From the NCBI RefSeq assembly GCF_006345805.1, contig NC_042998.1, forward strand, positions 31,124,001 through 31,188,000: a stretch of 64,000 nucleotides of DNA. Reading direction: 5' to 3'. The notes under the pieces are model-generated. The model made no database searches, had not been told where the DNA came from, and saw only the letters and a program-made list of their open reading frames with translations. The position numbers were made by a program, and so were the translations under genes. This stretch comes from Octopus sinensis. Taxonomy: Eukaryota. Shown in pieces: positions 40,701-50,440 of this stretch; the first letter of the stretch is position 1, and the number at the start of each line of letters is the position of its first letter.

Positions 40701-43700
40701 GGCCAGAATATGAATGGGATGGTTGAGTAAAGGAAGAGAGAGAAATAGATTGTGGTGAGTGCCAGGGCATACCCTTAAGATTCAAATGCCATAATGTAAG
40801 TGGCAGGATATTACAAAGGAAGCATGATTAAAGAGTGTGGGGGAGGGGGTGAAAACTTGGGTATATATAGATTCGTGGGGCTACCAGAATACAATGATAC
40901 AGAGGAACAGGGCCATGAGAGAGGACTGGATTGGGGAGTGAGAGATAGGCATAGTGTATGAAGGAGGAAATCTGAGGAAGAGAAGAAATATAGAGATGTA
41001 GATTGGATTGTTGGGGGGAAGGCTAGAAGATAGCAATGATACAGTGAGACAGAGTGTGGGTGGAACACACAGGTCAGAAGCATACAGTGGCATGGGGCCA
41101 AGAGGACAGAATTGGTGAGTGGGAGGTAAGTATAGTGCATGAAGTGGAAATGTGAGGAAGAGAAGAAATGTAGTTTCGTTTGTTGTGGTAAAATACGTGA
41201 GAAATTTTCATAAGTGTGGGTGGGACACTCAGTGCTTCTAGAACTCAGTTTCACTGACATGGGCAGGTTTTCTCAAGAACTTTATATTGCCAGACATCTC
41301 GGTCCATTGTCATTTCCTATCTATCAATAAATATATATATATATACATACAAGGAAAACAGAAAATGGAGATAAAATTGATGAATAACAATTGATTTACA
41401 CCAATTTTCATTTATTAATTAAATACAAAAACACAAAATCTCAACTTACAGCTGTTTCTATTAGCACGATTCCCAGGCTTAACCACCACAATAATAATAA
41501 TAGCAGTTATCATTGTAAGTAATTAATTATACCAATTTGAATCGCAGAACTTCATCAGAGGAGAGAAGTAAATATAAATAAAAGTAAAAAGAAAAAGGAG
41601 AAAATGAGAAAACAGTGATAATCAATTCATGCTACATGCTGACCCACTGGGAAACTTTCAACCAACTAGAATTTGTGTGTGTGTACTTATCTATATGTGT
41701 AAATGCATAAATCAAGCCTAGTCGTGTTTATTTGCATCATTAGCTCACCTAGATTTCTTTTATAGCCACTCTTTACCATTGGACCTAGTCCTCAATAAAG
41801 ATTTCAGAGTTTAGGTTCAAATCATTTGAGCTCTACTATGTGTTTTCTATATTGAGAATCTCTAGCTTTTACTTTTTAACGGCATATATATATATATATA
41901 TGATATATACAGTGTGCAGCAGAAAGGTTGCCCTGATTTCAAATTATTAACTTTTGAAATCGGGGCAACCTATCTGCTGCACCCTATATAAATACAAAAA
42001 GTTCTTATTGCAAAAATTCACAAAGTTAATTTTTTTACCAACCTTTTCCTTTTAGGAGAATGAAATATGGATTGATCCAGAACGTGAGTGTTATACATGT
42101 GAATGTATTGGTGGCCATGTAGAATGTCAAAGAAAATGTGAAATCCCTGAGTGTAATAGTGTAAGTATTATTTATTTCTGTGTCTAAAATGCAATTGCTT
42201 AAAAATATTTCAATACCTTGGTAACAGCAAAAATTGTCCCGTTTGTTGTACATAAGCCATCAGGAACTAAAATATGTGAAAACTTTTTTAAAGATAACTT
42301 TAAACTATTACAGACTATGAAAAGCAAAGATACTCAGTTGTTGCACATGGATGGGTAATTATTGTGTCATTAAATTAGGCCTTTTAGCAAATCGTATAAG
42401 TGTTGAACACTTACATTGCATTCCAGAAGGTTTGAGAGATTTTTAGGAGAGGCAGTTATAACTGTCTCAGAGTATTTTAATTTTGATATATCATTACTAT
42501 ACATTTAATCAACTTTTTCATATTCCAGCTTCAAGGAGATGGCTGTAACAGCACTTTAACCCTTTTGTTACCATATTTCTTTTGAGATGCTGTGTTTCTT
42601 TCAATTAATTTTAAATACAACAAAAAATTTTACTTAGTTATTAAGCTAGTGCTAGAAACATAAATTGTGACTAAGGTTTGGTGGAAGATTTTAATTCAAA
42701 CCTTTTGAAAGACATTTGTACTACAGAGTCAGAGGCGGTTTCAGATGGATTGACATCAAAAGAGTTATACACACCTCTACATTTGGGCAGATGCACATTA
42801 GAAGCAGTTGGAAGGGTGTGGATTGAAGGAAATTTAGGCTATTATTTCTAGCATATAGAGTGACCATATTGAGGTCTCCCTCCCTCATGTCTTCTGCTGT
42901 TTATTTTCTCCTTAACTCTTTTGTTACCATATTTCTGTTGAGATGCTCTGTGTTTCTTTCTATTAATTTTAAATATAACAAATAATTTAGTAAAATAACT
43001 TAGTTATCATTAAGCTAGTGTTAGGAACATAAATTGTGACTAAGGTTTGGTGGAAGATTTTAATTCAGAACTTTTGAAAACAAGACATTTGTATTACAAA
43101 GCCTCTTCTGCAGCTGGGAGCCTGTACAAGAATGTAAAGATATTTTTCAGCTGAACTTTCATTTCTTTCAAAGATGAATCTTTACAAAACTGCCAGTATT
43201 TAAATTCCGTTATAGGAAGCTTTACGGAAAGCAAATAGGAGCTTAGAAAAACCTTCCACATTTGTCACTGAATATCTGCACAATTGTTTTATAAAGTGTA
43301 TTTGTTTACAGTGATTCAGTCTGCACTCAAAAGAATGAACTAAATTAGACATTTTATATGTTCTGAGTTCAAATTCCACCAAGATCAACTTTGCTTTGCA
43401 CCCTTTCAGGATCAATAAAGTAAGTATGAGTACTGGGGTCAATGTAATTAAGTAACCCCCCTCATCAAATTTTCAGACCTACAGCAGAAAGGATTTTATA
43501 TGATTCATCAAAGGATTTATTCCACTTTCAGTTGTGCACAAAGTTCACAACAATACAGTCTTTGATATTGCATGAATTTTCCACTGATTGATTTTTAGAA
43601 GCACATTTCCAACACTAACCAGCTAACAAGAAGTAGGTATTTCAAAACTCCTGTCTTTCAAAACAACAATGTTTAGTCATTAAAGCTAATAAATTTTCTA

Positions 43701-46700
43701 AGTTAAACCAATGAGCTATAGTTATAGGAAAAATTCATTACAACTTTTGGTCCCAAAAATACAGCAATTTATTTTTTACAAAATATTAATTCAATGACTT
43801 CAGAACTTTAAATGAAATGTAAGAATATTTATCAAACTAACTACAAGCGTTTTAAATAGCCCATTCAACTTGTGAGAAATAGCAGCCAAATCTCTCTCAT
43901 ATCACCCCCTACTGCTTTATAAAAAAGAAATAGTGAAGATACACTGAATAATGCCATCCTAGATACATTCTAACTAATAGAAAATAAGCAGGATGATCAT
44001 GGTCAGAATACCTTTTATCATAAACCTGCTCAATCAAGGCTGACTTGTACCCCATTATTACAAATAGATTAGGTTACTAAAACTTAATTGGATATAAGTG
44101 GCTGAGATTCATTATTAGAAATTAAAGAAAAAAGTTCAAAGGTAATTTAAGTTTCTTTACTATACATACCTGATTTGTGACTTATTTATTAAACCATATT
44201 AACTGAATCATAAAATAATTTGGTAAAGTTCTTTAATAAAGTTGAACAAAAAAATATTCCTAAACATCACCAAATCTCTTAAACAAAAATGTTTATGTTT
44301 AATATTCTGATATTTAAATGTGAATTGGAGAATATCTTAATTTATGCATCAGATGTTTTCAAAATTTAAATAATGATAACATAATCCCCATTCTACTACT
44401 ATGTCTGATACACACAGTATCATCACTAACACCAACTAGCCACATAAAAGATATGGTACCATTGTGATGGAGTAGACACTGGAAGAAAGAATAAGACTTG
44501 AGTGGAAGACTAAGAAAAATGTGACGCAATATATTCTGGGACGTGATAGCAATGAAAATCAGCCCAAGTGGAACTAAGAAGAAAGCTAATAATTAGGGTG
44601 TTTAGAAAAGGCTCATTGCCCACCATGTTGACAACACTGGAGGATCTAAAAATTAAGAGAAAGAAAGAGATAGAGAGAGCCAGGTGTCTATATCAATCAT
44701 TAATGTAACATAATAAGAGTTAGTTTGAAGTAAATGGAATCAAGCTTACACTCAGACATGTCACCCATTTGGATATCCTATTTCAGTTTCTTTTATTTTC
44801 TGCACAACTTACTCCATTCTAATAACCAACAATCACATCATATACTTATAACATACAACAAATGAATACTATCAATTTCCTTGCAAAATAAATATATTCA
44901 AAGCAACAGAATCATATAAATCATTCTTTTTATTCCTTTTATCTAGGATGAAGAGTTATTTTTCCCAGAAATTAACCCATGCTGTCCAGTGTGCAAACTG
45001 AGATCAGGTAAAAATCTTTTAGACTCCATTATCAATTTATTTAGATCCAATTTTATTGAAAAACTAGCAGTATAGCCCAGCGTTGCTCGGGTTTGTTTTC
45101 TTTTTGACCATTTAGAATTGGAATTTTTGAAAAGTAAAAATTTTGCATTATGTAGCTTGTTATTCTCTTTAAGTAAACATTTCTCTGGTAGAAATATACC
45201 GAAAAATGGCTACACGGCAGTCAAAAAATTGTAAAAAATAAGGATTTTCATAGAAAAAAACCCACCTTTTTGATGTAAATAATTTTTGGTCTTAACATGG
45301 TCCAATTTGAATTTTTTTCTTCTACGGAATGAAGAGCAAGCCTTCTTCTATCATACTTTCAATTTTGGTTAACTTGCACCGCAGGGTCTCTGAGGAGATA
45401 GTGTTAGTTGAAGGCTACCAAACCTGCCACACACACAGACAGACAACTTCAGCTATATATATGTAGATTAAGCAAAATACATGGACTTAGGAAATATTGG
45501 ATAAGTTTAGTGGATCAAACTGCAAGTTTTCTTCCTGTAATGTATAAATAAACTTACATAAGTATACACCCACCAACCTCTGGTCTGTAGAGGTGTTGTC
45601 TCCTTTCTCTCTTCCCCTCCTTTGGTTTTCTACTGGCACTGCATGGATTGATGCAACACAAGCCCAACCAACTTCATGCCACCTTAACTCAGACCCTCCC
45701 TGGAGGAGGGTCAATACAGGATAATGAGTGAGATGGGAATGACTGGGTTTTGTGTGTATGTGAGGTTGTACATTGTGAGAATGTATCTGTATCAGTGTCC
45801 TGTTGAACTTAGACATCTGTTCTAAATGACTTGTTTATATTTAGTCACCTTTAACCCCTATGTTGCTTATCTTTTCATTTATCTGCTAGGTATTACCAAC
45901 TTAGCATGGAGTCACAATCCTGTTACACTTTTCCAAATCCAGATGTCATCCTCAAGAACAGAATTAAAATACTGACCATCACAATACATTCCTTTTAACT
46001 CCTTTCCTTCCTTAAACTCCTTCTGTACACATTCTGCTTGTTTTTTTTTTTATCTTTTCTTCCTTTACCTATCCGTCTTAATGCATATATTTTTTTCGTT
46101 AATTTTCAGTTACTTTCGTACTGATCTTCACTTGAAATCATTTTCACCATCATCATTTAACATCTGCTTTTCATGCTAGCATAAGTTAGACAGTTTGACT
46201 GAAACTGGTAAGCTGCAGGGCTACACCAGGAACACTCTGATTTGGCATGGTCTCTAAGGCTGGACGCCCTCCCTAACACCAACCCCTCCAAAAGTGTAAT
46301 GGGTGCTTTTTACGTGCCCCTAACAAGGGTGCCGGTTACATGACACCAGTATCGGCCTCGACTACGATTTCACTTGGCTTGACAGGTCTTCTAAAGAAAT
46401 GGCATATCGCTGAAGGTCCCAGTCACTTATCATTGTCTCTGTGAGGCCTAATGTTCAAAGATCATGCTTCATCACCTCATCCCATGATTTCTTGAATCTC
46501 CCTGGTTCTACCTCTTCCACAGGTTCCCTCCACCGTTAGAGATCAGCACTTCTTCACACAGCTGTTTTCATCTATACGCATCCATGACCATACCAGCACA
46601 GTTGTCTCTCTTGCACACCACATCTGATGCCTTTTATGCCCAACTTTTCTCTCAAAACACTTACTCTGTCGTACATGCACACTGACATTGTACATCCAGT

Positions 46701-47787
46701 GAAGCACACTAGCTTCATTTCTTTCAAGCCTACGCATGTCTTCAGCAGTTACAGCCCATGTTTCACTGCCATATAGCATGGTTGTTTGCACACAGGCATC
46801 ATCCAGTTTGCCTTTTACTCTGAAGTAGAGACCTATGCAAATGTTGTGCGTGTGTATACTACGTATGTGTGCATGCATGTATGCATTTTTATATTTTATT
46901 TATTTACTAATATACTGGTACATTTTATCCTGTTTATTACTGTGTTATTTTGTCTTCTTTAATTTTCTATCCACTACTTGCTTTTTTTCTCCTCCCTTTG
47001 CTAAATACTTATAAATTATCTCATCATGTGTCTGACTTCAGATATTAGATCTCTGTAACAGAATACGATAAAGTGTTCTCCTGACGATCCATTGCAGCTA
47101 GGCATCCAAATACACTTGGAACATCCAATACTGAGTTCCAAATAACTGCAATAGTGAAATGGACATAGGAACCAAATATTTATATTGGTGTTTATCTTAA
47201 TTTTCCTTGACATATCCTCTGTATATCATAACTAGCAATACTGCTAAGTACAGTGGTCAACTAACTGCTATACCAGAAACTGACAGGATAATGATAACTT
47301 ATACAGTAGTAGTCACATGTCTTACTGTACACACAAAATAAATTATACCCACATAAATAAGAGGAGAATATTTTTATAAGATATATAAGTCATAACAATA
47401 TAATCTTCCAACATTTTTATATCTGAAATAATGACAAGAGGGTTTTTTTTTTTAATGTTTATAATAAATTCTGTTCCTTTCCTTCCAGAAAACAAATGCC
47501 AAGTGAAAGTTGATTTCAAGTACCTTACAAATGGAACCTGTACTGCAATTCAAAAGGTGAGGGTAACTCAGTGTGGAGGGCATTGTGCTGAAAGTACATC
47601 TGGAGTAATTTTGATGAGCACTAAACCAGATGTAGTCACTGATGAGATGTTCCACAATAATTGTGAATGCTGTCAAGCGAAAGCAACAAAAATGAGATCA
47701 GTTACGGTTCTCTGTCCACCAGATAACATAGAAACTGTCATGTATTATCCAGAAATATGCAGTTGTGAATGTACTAAATGTAGATAA
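4374..47787 (+). CDS. SCO-spondin-like secreted cysteine-rich protein, 3' part (15 exons; TSP1 x6, TIL x2, VWC/TILa-like modules, C-terminal cystine knot); 5' end outside window
   Basis: Manual exon chaining: 4374-4420, 9974-10132, 12570-12740, 14206-14452, 21656-21702, 24723-24798, 25374-25520, 30125-30174, 32690-32860, 35029-35181, 38354-38509, 38617-38822, 42056-42160, 44947-45007, 47489-47787. All have AG/GT boundaries and matching phases; 2095 coding nt with no internal stop, ending in TAA at 47785-47787. A TSR/TIL/VWC-like/CTCK order matches the SCO-spondin C-terminus; orthology not tested. Confidence 0.88.
4584..4804. mobile_element. Mariner-derived MITE
   Basis: TIR TTAGGTTGGT(A/G)(A/C)ATAATTA, TA on both flanks, no ORF. 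Confidence 0.85.
4805..8019. repeat. About 3.2-kb compound degenerate microsatellite: (TG)n, (TATG)n, (TA)n
   Basis: Directly visible; the source of many spurious I/Y/M/C/V ORFs. Confidence 0.97.
8125..8188 (-). ncRNA. Type I hammerhead ribozyme motif, core intact
   Basis: Minus strand reads CCAUG CUGAUGA AUGCUGCAGUUAUCCUUGCGGAUAAUAAUAGCC GAAA CUGAUCA GUA / CAUGG. Stem I is CCAUG:CAUGG, stem III is palindromic, and the cleavage triplet is GUA. Confidence 0.8.
8500..8563 (+). ncRNA. Hammerhead motif copy with a GAAA>AAAA core mutation (predicted inactive)
   Basis: Mirror of 8125-8188, with A at 8545 in place of catalytic G12. Confidence 0.7.
8760..9900. repeat. Compound (TA)/(TATG)/(TG) microsatellite with two embedded (ATC)n SINE/LINE tail fragments
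   Basis: Directly visible; tail fragments at about 9005-9040 and 9781-9825. Confidence 0.92.
9974..10132 (+). CDS. Exon, TSP1 repeat: [53 protein letters not shown]
   Basis: cttgtag|gt...gaaa|gtacgt; WxxW-C-x3-C-x2-G and RxR motifs. Confidence 0.93.
10230..10620 (-). mobile_element. Highly decayed non-LTR retrotransposon endonuclease (APE) fragment
   Basis: [17 protein letters not shown] resembles the APE N-terminal xxWNxxG motif; weak. Confidence 0.35.
10898..12096 (-). mobile_element. Near full-length defective mariner transposon
   Basis: TIRs TTGGGTTG(G/A)CAACTAA, TA flanks, 1199 bp. Broken transposase on the - strand ([43 protein letters not shown]-like and HDNATP remnants). Confidence 0.93.
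12570..12740 (+). CDS. Exon, TSP1 repeat: [32 protein letters not shown]...CIIKNCTVE
   Basis: ttttag|gt...gaag|gtaaaa; canonical WxxWxxW-CxxxCG-G-RxR-C; overlaps ORF 12482..12778. Confidence 0.95.
13033..13417 (+). mobile_element. Non-autonomous Helitron-like element
   Basis: Begins with TC after A, ends with CTAG before T; subterminal CCCGAGCAACGCC motif; internal duplicated block. Confidence 0.72.
14206..14452 (+). CDS. Exon, TIL domain: [19 protein letters not shown]...[26 protein letters not shown]...ACER
   Basis: ttacag|ag...tg|gtgagt; trypsin-inhibitor-like cysteine spacing. Confidence 0.94.
14770..15125 (+). mobile_element. RTE-type LINE reverse transcriptase fragment
   Basis: [34 protein letters not shown] and LYADDL-like motifs. 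Confidence 0.82.
15400..16480. mobile_element. Very AT-rich decayed Penelope-like remnant with a dead hammerhead-like motif (15486-15590, -)
   Basis: CUGAAGA, an 11-12 bp stem II, then AAAAUGCGCGCC as a degenerate GAAACGCGCGUC; composition resembles 18.2-21.4 kb. Confidence 0.45.
17190..18150. repeat. (CA)/(TA) compound microsatellite with a higher-order duplication (about 316-bp period)
   Basis: The unique marker TCTACACAAATAGATA occurs at 17279 and 17595. Confidence 0.92.
18223..21395 (+). mobile_element. AT-rich decayed Penelope-like element flanked by about 395-bp inverted terminal repeats (18223-18616 / 20991-21395)
   Basis: The arms are clear reverse complements. The interior gives degenerate PLE motifs [35 protein letters not shown] and [13 protein letters not shown]. 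Each arm contains CUGAAGA...GAAAUGUACGUA. Confidence 0.62.
19920..20152 (+). mobile_element. tRNA(Arg)-derived SINE head fused to the 3' tail of a different SINE family
   Basis: Positions 19920-20082 match the 339-730 SINE; the rest is GGCGGTGCCCCAGCATGGCCACAGCTC...GCTGAAACT plus an A-rich tail. Confidence 0.8.
21656..21702 (+). CDS. Exon (47 nt, phase 2-1): (C)[15 protein letters not shown]
   Basis: tttcag|t...gact|gtaagt; same length, phase and Cys pattern as exon 4374-4420. Confidence 0.85.
22525..23205 (+). mobile_element. tRNA-derived SINE split by an inserted RTE-tail repeat (22690-22975)
   Basis: Pol III-like head and CCTTGGGCAAGTGTCTTC core at 22525-22690; SINE 3' part at 22985-23200. 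Related copies at 33525-33690, 34140-34270, 51700-51960(-), 57600-57680(-) and 62700-62800(-). Confidence 0.75.
23240..23560 (-). mobile_element. Helitron-like 3' end fragment
   Basis: Minus strand ends CCGTTGCCGGGTCATAGTGCTAG followed by T; 5' limit uncertain. Confidence 0.5.
24723..24798 (+). CDS. Exon, N-half of a TSP1 repeat: [25 protein letters not shown]
   Basis: ctttcag|gt...ag|gtaaat; TSR motif. Confidence 0.92.
25374..25520 (+). CDS. Exon, C-half of the TSP1 repeat plus start of a VWC-like module: [29 protein letters not shown]...DICEK
   Basis: ttacag|a...tg|gtaagt; in frame with both neighbours. Confidence 0.9.
26000..28100 (-). mobile_element. Second decayed Penelope-like retroelement (RT + GIY-YIG), a different subfamily
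   Basis: [78 protein letters not shown] and RCKLCIAER. Confidence 0.87.
29100..29520 (+). mobile_element. Two tandem SINE copies with the conserved block GTCGACTTTGCCTTTCATCCTTTCGGGGTCGATAAATTAAGTACC
   Basis: About 200-bp direct repeat; relatives at 36260-36350(-), 37760-37880(-), 43350-43490, 59480-59620 and 59640-59830(-). Confidence 0.75.
30125..30174 (+). CDS. Exon (50 nt, phase 2-1): [17 protein letters not shown]
   Basis: tttttcag|t...ataa|gtaagt; completes the split TGT codon and bridges phases to exon 32690. Confidence 0.82.
30320..31160 (-). mobile_element. Internally deleted mariner remnant with a duplicated C-terminal segment
   Basis: [17 protein letters not shown]...[11 protein letters not shown] at the N-terminus and [13 protein letters not shown] at the C-terminus; 30325-30445 is similar to 30580-30700. 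Confidence 0.72.
31195..31450 (+). mobile_element. CR1/L2-like LINE RT 3' fragment
   Basis: [16 protein letters not shown]...KLRLYSLE motifs. Confidence 0.65.
32274..32480. mobile_element. piggyBac-like MITE
   Basis: TTAA TSD, CCCTTT...AAAGGG termini; same family at 51261-51453, 42560-42764 and 42916-43100. Confidence 0.85.
32690..32860 (+). CDS. Exon, TSP1 repeat: [57 protein letters not shown]
   Basis: ttttag|tt...aaat|gtaagc; classic DGxWxxWxxW...NPxPxxGGxxC TSR. Confidence 0.96.
34667..34859. repeat. Hairpin MITE-like element with about 83-bp imperfect inverted arms
   Basis: 34667-34749 and 34777-34859 are reverse complements. Confidence 0.85.
35029..35181 (+). CDS. Exon, TSP1 repeat: [28 protein letters not shown]...CEIQPCD
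   Basis: ttctaag|gc...gacg|gtaaga. Confidence 0.93.
38354..38509 (+). CDS. Exon, TSP1 repeat: [25 protein letters not shown]...ECDLQKPC
   Basis: gttactag|ta...tgtg|gtatgt. Confidence 0.93.
38617..38822 (+). CDS. Exon, TIL domain: [18 protein letters not shown]...[34 protein letters not shown]
   Basis: ttttag|tc...aag|gtaatt; TIL cysteine spacing; follows a 107-nt intron. Confidence 0.93.
41911..41985. mobile_element. Minimal Tc1/mariner-like MITE (TIR-only hairpin)
   Basis: 33-bp inverted repeats AG(T/G)GTGCAGCAGA(A/T)AGGTTGCCC, in TA-rich flanks. Confidence 0.75.
42056..42160 (+). CDS. Exon, VWC-like N-part: [35 protein letters not shown]
   Basis: cttttag|gag...agt|gtaagt; W-x5-ECxxCxC-x2-G-x3-C pattern. 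Confidence 0.92.
42560..43100. mobile_element. Two piggyBac-like MITE copies (42560-42764; 42916-about 43100, truncated)
   Basis: TTAAC(C/T)CTTTTGTTACC start; shared body with 32274-32480. Confidence 0.75.
44947..45007 (+). CDS. Exon, VWC C-part: [20 protein letters not shown]
   Basis: atctag|gat...tcag|gtaaaa; CCPxC VWC signature. Confidence 0.92.
45064..45467 (-). mobile_element. Non-autonomous Helitron-like element
   Basis: On the minus strand A|TC...ACAAACCCGAGCAACGCTGGGCTATACTGCTAG|T; termini shared with 13033-13417. Confidence 0.75.
46150..46830 (-). mobile_element. RTE LINE 3' fragment with 3' UTR and (GAT)n tail
   Basis: [36 protein letters not shown], followed by the common tail. 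Confidence 0.85.
47489..47787 (+). CDS. Terminal exon, C-terminal cystine knot: ENKCQV...CGGHC...CECC...CSCECTKCR*
   Basis: ccttccag|aa; CxGxC, CxCC and CxCxxC motifs; stop codon TAA. Confidence 0.95.
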
Positions 47788-47973
47788 GATTGCAAAAGTA
47801 CTAATGGTATTCTAATTAGGAAAAAGATTTGTCTGTCCAAAATATAGTGGGAAATAGCAATTTAAAATACATAATGGAAAAAAATAATGAAAAGAAATTT
47901 GTTAAAGCATTGAAATATGAATAGTAGTATATATTTCAAACATCTACTCTGAAATATTTCAATATTAATTGAA

Positions 47974-47979
47974 AATAAA
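47974..47979 (+). promoter_or_regulatory. Candidate polyadenylation signal AATAAA
   Basis: First AATAAA I found after the stop codon, about 190 nt downstream; the AT-rich context makes chance occurrence possible. Confidence 0.4.
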
Positions 47980-49361
47980 TTATATCAAACTATCAGAAAA
48001 AACTTGTTTTCTTATTACATCTTTTTAAGTTGCCCTGATTGAGCAGTTCAATCCTTTGTTTCATTGTTGTTGTTGTTTAGTACCAGGATATCTCTGACTG
48101 AGCAGGTCTGTGATTAAAGACATTTCAACCTTAGCCATTCCATTTTTCTAGGGAGTGTCTATATTATCCAAAGTACATCAAGCCACTATAATACTGTGAT
48201 TTGGAGGAATTTGGCTGATATGGTTTGAAGGTGGAACACAAGCAGAGTCTCCTTTGTTAGCTCAATCCTTTGTGTTAATTTACTAAAGTAGGAAGACAGT
48301 TTGTTATCAATTTTCCATGACCACCTGGAATTGTTGCAAGACTATGAAAAAAAATGTTTCATTTTCCTTCTTTCTACAACATGTAGAAAAGAGCCAGACA
48401 TTTTTTCTGACAATATTTTTCAGCTGGATACCCTTTCTATTGCCAAACTTTTTACTCACCTCTTACAAAATGCAGGGACATGGTGTACCGACTTTAGAAT
48501 AGGTACTATACTCTAGCAGCTAGAATGAGAGTAGAATGGAGAAGGTTCAGAAAGTAATTACCTCTCGACAACAAAAGGCCTATCATTCAGAGTAAAAGAT
48601 ATATTATATGATGCTTATCTAAGCATTGCTATGCTCCATGGCATTGCTTGATTGAAGCAGAAAGATTCCTCAGGTATGCAGTTTTGTGCTTGCTGTTTTA
48701 TGGGAAGCCTCTGATATTTATCAGTAGAAATGGTGTGATGGTCCACATGACAGAAAAGTTGGCCATCCTAAGTCTATTATTTGTGGTGGTCTCGTGGTGT
48801 AGGTGTACATAGTTTAGTTTTGTTTGCAACCACAACAGCTGCTGCACTATCTCTTATGCTACACTAAATACATTTTGCTGTGTATGTTGGTTTGTTTATG
48901 CCCCAGTAACTTAGTGATTCAGTAAAAAAGTTCAACAGAATAAGTACCAGGATTTAAATGATTCTATAAATATAGCTATGCTTCATGGTATTGAGATATA
49001 GGCACTAAATGCAGAGGACATGTGAAGGCTAGAGAAGTACAGTAGCACAAAGCTTGGAATTTTCAAGTATGTTACTGTCCTCAGCCCACCTGTATATCAT
49101 GTCCAACTCCTGTTGCAGGTGCACAACATCTGGGTTCTGTGTCCTCTAAGAAAATTTTGTATTGTCTGCATAGATATCACAGGTAATTATCTCAGCAGCT
49201 GAGGGCATGTCTGAGAGGGCCACTATCAATAGCTGTGGCCCCAAGACAGCACCCTGTGGGATACCACTCATTATTTGCATTTCCTTGCAAGTAGTCTTGT
49301 TGGTTACTACTACCTAATTTCTATCATGTATATATATATATATATATACACACACACATAC

Positions 49362-49392
<31 letters not shown>

Positions 49393-49445
49393 CGCCAGCA
49401 TGGAGGTAGACGTTGAATGATGATGATATACATACACATACATAA

Positions 49446-49781
49446 GACAAGGTATAAATAATGGTCATTACATGTTTTTCCTTTATTACAGTAAGTTAGG
49501 CTTACAGCAGTTTCCAGTAGTCATTATAGGTATGTTACTGATAGATTAACTTAATTGGTCTATTGATCAGTTGAGAAACAACCTAAAAAAATTAATGCTA
49601 CTTTCATCAGAGCCATAACAAAAGTAGTATTAATCTTTAGATTGTTCAATTATTCTCAGCTGATCAATAGAACAATCGAGTAAACCTATCAGTAACATAC
49701 CTATAATGACTACTAGAAACAGCTGTAAGCCTAATTTACTCTAATAAAGGAAAAATAGATAACCATTATTTATACTTTGTC
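49446..49781. repeat. Foldback element (arms about 49446-49604 / 49621-49781) carrying a hammerhead motif on the - strand (49499-49614)
   Basis: The arms are reverse complements. Minus strand reads GGCU CUGAUGA AAGUAG...CUACUG GAAA CUGCU GUA / AGCC. Confidence 0.8.
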
Positions 49782-49963
49782 GTAAAAACCAGTTTGACTG
49801 GAGTGCAACCATGGATTTACAATATAGAATGGTGATGAACTATAACCTCATACCCAGAAATAAGAACACAGAGTTCTTTACCAATCTAAGCAATATTGTT
49901 AGCTTTGAGTGCCAACAGAGAGCTCATGATGTATTTTGCCTGAATTAATAATCCCTCATTTTA

Positions 49964-50011
<48 letters not shown>

Positions 50012-50440
50012 TGAGAGAGTTTTTTTCAATGACTTAGTAATTTCTCTCAGTCCAAAGTCCACTCAGAGTTATGAAAGAATTACACACACATGTACATATA
50101 TATAGGTATATACACACATATACATAGATATACACACAAACATATATACATATAAATATATATACATATATATATAAATATAAAATTAAATAAGGGTAGA
50201 AATTGATATTAATTAAAACCAGTGGCCTAGCATATTTTAAAAAGTCCGAAGATTAAAAATTTTTTTTACATACAAAATTTAGAAGATTGACCACTAAAAT
50301 TGGACAGCCTGTATGTTAGATATAGACGTCAAAATCGGCATTTTCCATGGATAGTGTGTTCTCAAGAAAAAAAATCAGCAAAAACCCAAAGCGTATAAAT
50401 AAACAAGATAAATGAAATATACAAAATAAAAAACGATTAC

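Noticed and set aside
47431-47787. Stand-alone single-exon genes implied by ORF-track starts (also 12482, 32521, 38344)
   Set aside because: Their N-termini are intron read-through upstream of clear acceptor sites; the Cys-rich parts are exons of the spliced gene.
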